In this document: piece after piece, positions 37,757-47,210 of the stretch
How the letters are laid out: the number at the start of each line of letters is the position of its first letter
How positions within the stretch are numbered: position 1 is the first letter of the stretch
Source of the DNA: Narcine bancroftii
Taxonomy: Eukaryota
Reading direction: 5' to 3'
Assembly (NCBI RefSeq): GCF_036971445.1
Contig: NC_091478.1
Location: 28,086,001-28,150,000 of the forward strand
DNA length: 64,000 bases
Position numbers and translations under genes: made by a program
Notes under the pieces: model-generated
Told to the model about the DNA's origin: nothing
The model's input: the letters and a program-made list of their open reading frames with translations, nothing else
The model's database searches: none

Positions 37757-39753
37757 TTCTTAGACTGAAGGGAACTGACTGGAAGACCCCGTGGTGAGCT
37801 ACAATCCCATCACCAGATCAGCCGATTCTCTGACATCACAAGAAACTACCCGACTGTTGTAAAAGCTCATCTGATTCAAAATATAACATTCTTTTGGGAA
37901 GATATCCTTGTGTGGTTTGGCCTCTGTGACACCAGACCCACCAATGAGGTGGAGCACAGTGATCTCACACATGACTCAATGAATTATTAAACAGCCAATG
38001 GAAGGGGGCCCCAAGAACATCCCCATCCTCTGGGATGGTGGTGTCCAAGTATGCAGGTGCTAAAGACAAGGCTGATCAGAGCTGCCTTTGTGTTGTTTGC
38101 AAGTTCTCCCTGTGATTAGGTTGTTCCTGAGTGCTCTGCCTTCCCTCCAACAGACCAAAGATGTAAGGTTGGCAGGTTAGTTGCAGTGTGTGTGTGTGTG
38201 TGTTCACGTGAGCCCGAGATTGTGTGTGTGTGTGTTTGTGGTAGAATCTGAAAAGAGTTGAGGAGAATGTGGGTAAATGAAACATGAATGTCTGCAGAAT
38301 GTGGTTGTAATAAAAGCACAGATGATGGAGGAACTCAGCAGGTCTTGCAGCGTCCATAGGAGGTAAAGATATATATAGCCAATGTTTTGGGCCTGAAAGT
38401 TGCTGAATTAGTGTAAACTGGTAGTTGGTGGTCTGCATGGACTTAGAGGAACTGTTCACATGTTGCATCACTGACTACAATCCCACAGGCCTGTGTTCCT
38501 GAAGTCTGTGGTTCTTGACTAGTGGTTCCTGTACAGGTACAACACTGCCATCTACCTGACAATGTGAAAAACTGCTCGGGCAGAATCCAGTCACAAAAAG
38601 GTACCAGCCACAGATTGGCACTTTCTACCCATTAATGTGGTCACCATTGCCCAGGTTGGGAATCTGACCAGAGTTCATTTCATTCTTCGTCCAAACAAGA
38701 ATCCTTGGTTCCAGACGTGAGGTGAGAGTGACATCAAGATGGGGCAGTGACCACAGAAGCAGATCAGTGAGGGGCTCTGGGGCTAAAGAACATACAGGCA
38801 GCAGATTGTTGGTGACTCAAGGCGAGGCTGCTGGTGACTGTGGTCAAAGAACTCACACCAGGCTGCGGACTGCTGGAGCACCAGGTATTGGAACCAGGAT
38901 GTGAGAGGGCGCTGAAGACTTCTGGTTATGTCAGAAGTGTACATCTGGAGCTTGGGTTGCTAAGGTTTCGGACTGAAGGCTGTGCGACTGCTGGAATGTT
39001 GGAAGTGAAGCCACGGACACTCAGTGGCTCTGGGGGATTCTCTTTGGCGGTCAGGGGCGCTGGGCAATTTCTGCTGATGGAGAATCTTTGTCTGCCTTAC
39101 AGTAGACTGATGGATATTTTGTGTAATATATTTTCTGTTTTATTACATGACAAAATAACCTTGAATCATGAAAAAAAAATTAAAATATTAATCAGAGACG
39201 ATTTACGGGATGTTGTCAGGTCCTGAGCTATAGGGAGAGGTTGAGCAGCTGGGGCTTTTTTGTTTGGAGAGCAGGAGGATGAGGGGTGATATAGAGGAAG
39301 CATAGAATACAAAATTATGAGCAATGGATCAGGTGAATGTCCAGAGTAGGGGAGTCAGTAAGCAGAGGATGCAGGTATAAGATGAGGGGAGTTGGGGAGG
39401 GGGAACTGTTTCACCCAGTGGTGGGTGTGCGGAACAGGCTGCCAGAGGACATGGTTGAGGCAGGTACTATTGCAATCTTTAAGAAAAAATTGGATGAATC
39501 CATGGATAGGACAGGTTTAAATGGATATGGGTCAAACACTGGTAGGTGGGAACAGTGTGGATGGGACATTTAGGGCAGGTTGGGCCAAAGGGCCTGTTTC
39601 TCTCTAAGTGATGAGACTTCAGAAGCAATTTCTTTCAAATGTATTGAGACATCCTAGAGACTATGAAGATGGAAGCTGTTTCTATGTATGTTAACACTTA
39701 CATAAATGCCAGCCTTTGTTGTTGAGAGTGACCCAAGTTCTTTGTGGATCCAG

Positions 39754-39856
39754 ATATTTCAAGAGGTTTACCATTCCTGATATGGATCGATGCCAGCTCC
39801 CTCTGGACAGCTCTGCGCTCAGTTTCACACATGCCAACAACACCCTCATCATCACA
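39754..39856 (+). CDS. DPCD: DPCD exon 5 (YFKRFTIPDMDRCQLPLDSSALSFTHANNTLIIT)
   Basis: Conserved IPD.DR..L.LD...LSF.HAN.TLII. Acceptor ATCCAG|, donor ACA|GTGAGC; 103 nt. Confidence 0.95.
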
Positions 39857-39967
39857 GTGAGCATTATCTACTTGTCAAGCTGCTCTGGGGTTGGGAGTGG
39901 GCTGGTAGTATTCATTCATTCGCAGGTGAGGCCTCAATGGTATTTTTTTCCCCTTTTCTCCCATCAG

Positions 39968-40072
39968 TATCAGAAGCCTTCAGCAATCCTGCAGCTGGAG
40001 CAGGAGGTGATGGAGGAACTGAAGAAGTTGAAGATGACGGAGGAGGGCGATGTGGAGTGTAAAACACAGTGA
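39968..40072 (+). CDS. DPCD: DPCD exon 6 (YQKPSAILQLEQE...GDVECKTQ*)
   Basis: YQKP...CKTQ* C-terminus. Acceptor after a long pyrimidine tract (CCATCAG|). Total CDS is 612 nt = 203 aa. Confidence 0.95.
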   Translation, partial: YQKPSAILQLEQEVMEELKKLKMTEEGDVECKTQ

Positions 40073-40529
40073 GAGGCCACGTATGGCATCGACGTGGAGG
40101 GGACAGCATACTTCTGGTTGCATCTGCTCCACAAACCCACCTTTCACTGTATTTACAAATGCAATTAAATGTCTGGTAATTTTCTAATGCAGAGCACCTT
40201 TATTTTTTTAGATAATGTCATGACTAACCATTCCTGAGGCCTCACAGCGCTACCCAACTTCAGACTGATTGTCTGCTGGAATACCATGCCTAGGTAGTAC
40301 ACCTTGGATCTTGATGTTGATTTTGTTTGCATTACAATGGCCAATCATTGTGTGGGATTGTCTGAGAGACAAGAGAGTGTTCGTTGGAAATGCAAGACAT
40401 TTTACATTAGAAAAACTGCTTCCCAATATCTGGACATTGATATAACTGCAGTAGCTTCTGTGTGCACACATCAAGTTACAGATGACACTTTCAGCGACTG
40501 GACAATACTTAGTCACATGTCATAAAAAA

Positions 40530-40544
40530 TTTATTGCAAATAAA
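40530..40544. terminator. Back-to-back polyadenylation signals: AATAAA on the plus strand (40539-40544, DPCD) and on the minus strand (40535-40530, FBXW4)
   Basis: Sequence TTTATTGCAAATAAA lies between the convergent stop codons (DPCD 40072, FBXW4 40652). Confidence 0.65.
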
Positions 40545-40651
40545 GAACTTTCTACATTTTAAAAAAAAAAGCCACAAACTTTTTTTCAGTGAGTACAGAG
40601 CTGGAAGGTCACAAATGCTTCATCTGTGAATGTGCTGGACAGCTTCTGACA

Positions 40652-40819
40652 TCAGCGGTGCAGTCCTGGAGAGGTCTCATTTTGTGCCAAGTGCAGTTCA
40701 TGTTCCGAGGACGTAAAATCCAGTGCATAAAGTGCATGGGCTAAGGCAGCATAGAGGTGCGAGGTAGTAAATCGGAGGCAGTACACAGGGCTGCTACTGG
40801 GGGAGGAGAGGAAGAACAT
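40652..40819 (-). CDS. FBXW4: FBXW4 (dactylin) last coding exon
   Basis: MFFLSSPSSSPVYCLRFTTSHLYAALAHALYALDFTSSEHELHLAQNETSPGLHR*, matching SSPVYCLR.TT.HLYAAL...LDF. Acceptor CTTCCTCCAG|; 168 nt. Confidence 0.93.
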   Translation of the reverse strand: MFFLSSPSSSPVYCLRFTTSHLYAALAHALYALDFTSSEHELHLAQNETSPGLHR

Positions 40820-41067
40820 CTGGAGGAAGAGGATGCAGAATGCCAGTTAACTTGTGTTTCACTACGTAGTTGCTGGTTTTAACAGTAGGGCAATAGAACA
40901 AATTTGGACTAAATAACATTGGATAACAAATTTTTTTCAAAACGTTTGCTTCCTGAAAAAAAAATTGGAGATTATGATAGACCACCTCATGCTGAACACA
41001 AAGATAATTTCAGATTTGCTATATCATGTTGGAATTTAGAGAAACATTAAATTAACTTTTATTGAAT

Positions 41068-41690
41068 TTAGCATTTAGAAAGTGAGATTGACTTCTGAGG
41101 ACCTCTGAGCCAAGCTCTCAGGTTGACTGCACATGTTGCACAACAAATGTGAGGAGCCCAGGGTTTGTCTTGGTCACCAATTTTATAACCAAAGTAGAGC
41201 TCAGGCTTTCTGAATAAGAGAAAAGTCATGCTGTGTCTTTGAGCCTTAAACATATACTCGCCACAAATGTAACAGAATGTTGCGACTTTACGAGATATTT
41301 CTGCTGTATTGAATCTTCCTGAAGACAATAAATGCTATTGTTAAGTACACTCACTGTTATTGCCTGAAGAATATGAGCATCAATGTGAGTTCAATTTATA
41401 TTAATGTAATGCACAGCATCTGTATATGTGAGCTGCTTTTGTAGCCTGTCTGCATCTATCCTGACTAAGCATGCCCAGGCCTAAGACAATATTTGCAGAG
41501 CACCAAGTGCATGCCCAGACATGCTTGGATTGACCAAAGCAGCTTGCTCTGTGGGAAATGTACCAGTAGACTTAAAATATGACAGGAAATCACAAAATAG
41601 ATTATATCTTAAATTAAAGGTACGTGATAAAAACATTTTAAGGTGATTTTTGTGATCAGCAGCTCAAAATCCATAAAATAAACCCAAAAA
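41068..41690 (-). mobile_element. DNA-transposon remnant with a Cys-rich transposase N-terminus
   Basis: FCYICGE...YFG.KIGDQDKPWAPHICC..C...L..W, recognised as the N-terminus of a widespread cut-and-paste transposase family (superfamily not certain); truncated. Confidence 0.65.
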
Positions 41691-41775
41691 TCTTCATTGT
41701 CTAGTGTAATTAGCCAAGATAGGAGACCCTGCATTTCCTTGTCCCAGAATGTCCATTCATGTGCACCTTGCCTTA

Positions 41776-42151
41776 ATGTGGTTTCCATCCTTTTTTCTTT
41801 CCACTCACATACCACTTTAAGTATTCCCTATGCCATAGGTGCTCTGTGATTAGTAAGGGATTGCTTAAAGTGGTATGTGGGTGGAAAGAAAAAGTATGAA
41901 AACCACTGTTTTAATCGTACGTAATTGACTCGTTATGTGCACGGTTTCACAACTCCAAAGGAAATGGGCCAATGACAATTTGTCTTGAGCAAAATATTTC
42001 AGTAACAATCGAGTCTAGAGCAGTGCTTCTCAACCTTCCCTTCCCACTCACATACCACCTTAAGCAATCCCTTACTAATCACAGAGCACCGATAGCATTG
42101 GGTTTACTTAAAGTGGTATGTGAGTGGAAAGAAAAAGGTTGGGAACCACTG
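41776..42151. mobile_element. Doubly palindromic hAT-like MITE
   Basis: Two hairpin-forming units of about 130 bp (41776-41908 and 42021-42151), each with CAGTG...CACTG-type ends (the first left end is degenerate), in inverted orientation to each other. Confidence 0.7.
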
Positions 42152-42318
42152 ATTTAGTTGAAGGGCACTAGCTGGAGATTGGAGCCTCCATCTAGATTAT
42201 GTGTTTGAGTTTCTAGATTTGAGCCCTTAACCTTCAGACTGAGGTAAGAGCAATAGCCATCTGTGCACCCTGGCATCAGGAGTATGGGACTTCAGGTGAG
42301 ATGCCTCACCCGTCTTAC

Positions 42319-42460
42319 CTGCAGACTCTTTAACTGCCTCTTGTCCCAGAGACGGACAACACCATAGTGTGAGGAGCCACTGGCGATCATGAAGTTTCCG
42401 TCAGTCTGCAAGCAGTAGAGTGCGCTGTCATGTGGTTCCTCCCATTCCAACACACAGTGC
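42319..42460 (-). CDS. FBXW4: FBXW4 penultimate exon (WD40 repeat)
   Basis: HCVLEWEEPHDSALYCLQTDGNFMIASGSSHYGVVRLWDKRQLKSLQ. Acceptor AATTCAG|, donor CAG|GTAAGA; 142 nt. Confidence 0.95.
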
Positions 42461-45157
42461 CTGAATTACACGAGGCAGGTTAGAGCAGAAACAGCATCTC
42501 ATCTAGCATTAACAGGAGTGCTGGTGGCATCAATACTATTGGCTGCATGAGACCACATAAACAGCCATCACTTTCAGCAAGAATGACAACAGCAGGGATT
42601 GGGAGTAAAATAGGAAAGTAAATGGGGGAGGAAGATGAAGATCAGAGACTGGGTTTGGGGAATATTCACAGTGAGACAAGAGCAGGAGTTGGAAGTTTAA
42701 CCCCTTGAGCCCCCTTGCCAAGTAGCGACTGATTTGATCAACTCCACTTTCTGTCTGATCTTGCCCTGGATCCCCACCCCCACCCCCCCCCCAAAACACA
42801 AAAATGTTTTTTCGTCAACTTTAAATACTCTGCTTCCTGGGTAGAGATTTCCAGGGTCATGATGGTCAAAGCAGAAAGTTCTCATAGCTGGCCCCTTATT
42901 CTGAAGAGAAGCTCCTTGACTCCCACACCCACCGTCATCTTCCTGCAGAATTTGATAATGTTAAAAGAAGGTTATCTCTCATTCTTCTAAATTTTGAAGG
43001 GTATTGGTCAAACCATCTTAACCTTCCCTCATAAGGCAACACTTTCATCCTGGAAATCAGGAGGATTTTCACCCTTCTCCCTCTGAAAGGATAGGAAATA
43101 GGCACCAAGGGATATTGAGATGGTGGGAAATTTTGCAATTTTATCCAAAAATAAAGTATCCTTCTCAACATCTAGCAGTTAAGACAATTCTGAAATGTAG
43201 TCAACATGCAGGATATTGCAGTCAACCGTCTTTCACGAGATTGCATTGAGGGGAACCGTGACAATGAGCAGATACTGAGTGAAAGAATGCTGGTCGTCAG
43301 GCCAGGAAGAACCCTCCAAAAAGTGTCTGCATCCACCTGAGGGAGTGGATGGGGATTGAGTTTCAAGTCTCATCCAAAAGGCACAGCACCCCCTCAAGTG
43401 TAGACAAAACACCGGGGAAGGCCATTCAGCCATCATGTCTGGTCTCTCATTCAATAAGATCATGCCTCATCTTTCATCTCTGTGCCCCTTTCCTGCACTA
43501 GCCCAATATTTTCTGATGTCCTGAATGTCTAAAAATTCATCAACTTTCTGGAATACACCCAGTGACTGAAACCCCACAGGCCTCCCAGTGAGATGATTCC
43601 TTTGAGACACCTGTTCTGTGAAAAAACTTTAGTCTATTTCTTATTTTGAGACTAACTCCCTGTAGACTCTCGAGCCAAATGAAATATCCTCTCCGCATCT
43701 CTCCTCCACGCCCTCAAAGTATTTTGTTATTTTTCAATATCAATTTTCCTTCTGAACTCCAGAGATCAGGAGTTTGCTCGGTTTGCTCCATCTGCCTGTA
43801 TTGCAGGAAGCAGCTCAGTGAATCTCTGCTACTGTCATCCTGTAGTAAACACGCCATTCGGTAGTGTTCCAGGTGTGGCTTCAGCAGGGTACGACGTTAC
43901 CACAGTAAGACATCTGTGCCCTTGAAGTCAAGTCCTCTTGCAGCAGAGGCTGGCAGCATTGGCCTTGATCACTGCCTGAAGCCCCTGCATGTTAGCTTTC
44001 ATGCCAATCTTCTGAACCTTCTGCCTGAAGGGAGCAGTAACAATAAGTTGTGACCAAGGTGATGGGGCTCCTTTGTGATATTGGCTCTCTTCTTGAGGCA
44101 GCGTAGATGTCTTTAATGGATGGGAGGTTAGTACCTAAGATGGACTAGGCTAGAGTTGCCACTTTTTGCAAGCTTCTGTGTTCCAAGGCAAGTAGTTTAC
44201 TCTTCAGCCTTCATCTAATCCTGCCCTCACACAAGGTACATGCATGACCTCAATGAATGACTTTCCCTCTGTTCCTGCACTACCACCAGATGGCAGCAGT
44301 GCCCCACAGGACAATCATTCAGCACTAGTCTCCCGTTACAACCTGTGTTCCCCAAAGCGACGACAATGTTCCTTTTATTGTCACGTAATAATACATGAAA
44401 AATGTAACATACTTCATGTTCTTTAACTTTTGTCTGCTATAAGGCAAACAAAGAGTTGCCATGAGAATTGCCCAGCACCCCTAACAATAGGAGAAAGAGA
44501 GTCCCATCAGAGACGCTGAGTGTCCATGGATTCGTCTTCAGTGCTCCTGCAGCTCCGCAGCCGCATAGACTTCTGTTTGATCCATTGGCAACCCAAGCTC
44601 CAGATCCAAACCTCTGACACGATCGGAAATCCTTCAGTACACTCTGGAATCCCGAATCCGATACCTGGTTCCCATGAGTCAGTCTCCAGTAGCCCGTGTG
44701 AATCCTTCCACTGCAGGTCACCAGCAATGCGTGAGTCCTTCAGCCACCGAGCCCCTTACTGGTCTGCACAGGTGTGAAGGTGAACTCATCTCCAAGTGAA
44801 TTCTGACATCTTTCACTGTTTACAGTTCCTTTCTCTCTGGTCAGCGAGATGCATAAAAATGTTTGAGAACCTGTAATCTGAGTGACAAAGTCTTCTCTTC
44901 CAGTTTAAACAGATTACTAAAATGCTCCTCACTGCCCCACATCACATTCCTTACCCCACCACTGCCCCCATCATACACACTCTCCCTCCTGCTGTGTGTG
45001 CCAGCTTGCTCTGCCTACTTGAGCGCCGTTTCCTGGATACAACAACTTACTCCTGCTGTAGAATGGCGTTGAGGATCCTGTGGCCAGGAAGCACATGGAT
45101 GAGTGGGTGCAGATGGGGAGGAGCAGGGAGATTAGGGACACAGAAAGCCCGACTTAC

Positions 45158-45298
45158 CTTGTGCTGGCTCGTACATCCCACTGCCTTATATAGGCATCAT
45201 AGCCACAGGTCAGCACGACAGAGGGACTCTCATACAGGATGTCCAGGACCCCAGCTCCTCTTCGAAAGTCCAACCCCAGGCTGGACACCAGCCGTCCA
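45158..45298 (-). CDS. FBXW4: FBXW4 third-last exon (WD40 repeat); the upstream intron runs past the end of the window
   Basis: GRLVSSLGLDFRRGAGVLDILYESPSVVLTCGYDAYIRQWDVRAST. Acceptor GCTTTCAG|, donor AG|GTAAGT; 141 nt. Confidence 0.95.
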
Positions 45299-47034
45299 CT
45301 GAAAGCAATCACAGACGTATTGATTTTTGTGTTGAGGAAGAGTTTTGACTCCTACCAAGAAATTCACACATTTTGGTGGCCTTGGGATGCCCCAGTTGAT
45401 TTACAGAGAACAGTCCAGCACACAGCCCTTTGGCCCATGTATGTGTCTGTGCTGAACACAATGCCCACATTAAAACTCTGATCCATATCCCTCCATATTC
45501 ATAAGTAAAACACCAAAATCTGCAGACACCGCAGTTGAAGTAAAAACATAATGCTGGAGAAACTCAGCAGGTCAAACAGTGTACTTTATAGAGCAAAGAT
45601 AAAGATACACAACCAATGTTTCAGGCTTGAGCCCTTCATTGAGGAATGGACAAAAGGTCAACAGACGTGGGCGTTTCTCCAGCATTTTACTTTTCCCTTC
45701 ATATTCATGAGTCTGTCTCGAAATCTCTTAAACATTACGACTGTACAAGTATCTGCTTCCACCACTACTCCTGGCAGCCTGTTCCAGGCACCCACCACTT
45801 TCTGCGTAATAAGAGAGCCCCTCCTCACTTTAAATGCACCTCCTCTAGAATGTGAAATTTTTATCCTGGGAAAAAGATTCTAATGGTCTACTGTATCTAT
45901 GCCCCTTATAAAACTTGATCAGGTTTCCTCTCAGCCTTTGTCACTTCGGAGAAAATAACCCAGGTTTAACCACCTCTCCCCATAGCTCATACCCTCTAAT
46001 CCAGGCAACATACTGGTAAACCTCATGTATAGCCTTTCCAAAGCCTCCACATCCTTCCTGTAAGTGGGGAACCAAAATTTCACACAAGCCTCGAAGTGAG
46101 GCATGCTGCACAAGATTTTGTGGAAGAGTATTTAATGGCAGGGGAAGGGTTTCTGAGAACAGTCAACACTGGAAATGTCGGAACCATGAGTTAATTTGTG
46201 CCCACTAACACCACCAAAAAAACCTGATCCTCTTGTGGATTTGATGAAAAATGATCGATCTGTCACGCCAACTCCATTTCTCACTGACTCTCGTTTCTAT
46301 GATGTGAGTTGAGGGACAAACAAAGGCATGGACAGTGGCAAGAGTTGGTTTGGTCTCCTCACAACAGTTGCTGTGGGATCATGGCAGCCAAGAGGGCTGG
46401 GGAGCATCTGTGTAACGTTTCAATACAGGGTCAGTGAAAACATAGTGATGCTGGAGGAACTCAGCAGGTCTCATAGTGTCCATTGGGATAGAGATAGATA
46501 ACCAATGAGGCAAGTTCTTGATTAGCCAGGGCATCAAAGGTTATGGGGAGAAGGTTGGGCTGTGGGGCTACTGCTCACATCTTATGGTCTTGTGTTTTGA
46601 GCCTGATCTCTTCTTCATATCTTGAAATTCAAATATTGGATATACATCTTTACATCCTATGAATGCTGCGAGACCTGCTGAGTTCCACTGGATTTCTGTG
46701 TGTTTCTACTACAACCACAGTGGCTGCACTTTTGTGTTTCGCTCCATGTAAGAGTCAGTTCCTCGGTTACTATGGCCTGAGGTGATTCCCTCTGTACCAT
46801 AGGCTCCCAGGATAAGAGTGGGAATTAATTGCAATACCTTGCTGATGAGAGCTAACAACTTCTACAGGTGCACCATAGAAAGAATCCTGTCAGAATGCGT
46901 CACTGTGTGGGACAGGAACTGCTCCATCCGAGACCACATGAAACTGCAGAGGGTCGTGAACATGGCTTAGACCCTCACACACCCCTCTCCCTGCATTACC
47001 AAGCTCACTTCCCTCTGTCATGCAATCCCTCCCT

Positions 47035-47210
47035 CCCCTCCGTCACGCGCACACCCCTCCGTCACGCGCACACCCCTCCGTCACGCGCACACCCCTCCGT
47101 CACGCGCACACCCCTCTGTCACGCGCACACCCCTCCGTCACGCGCACACCCCTCCGTCACGCGCACACCCCTCCGTCACGCGCACACCCCTCCGTCACGC
47201 GCACACCCCT
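47035..47210. repeat. 19-bp CpG-rich minisatellite (CCCCTCCGTCACGCGCACA), 9.3 copies, inside a Rex1/Babar-like LINE 3' fragment (about 46840-47520)
   Basis: Repeat directly visible; the flank translates as NFYRCTIE.IL..C.TVW..NCS...KLQRVV. Confidence 0.9.
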
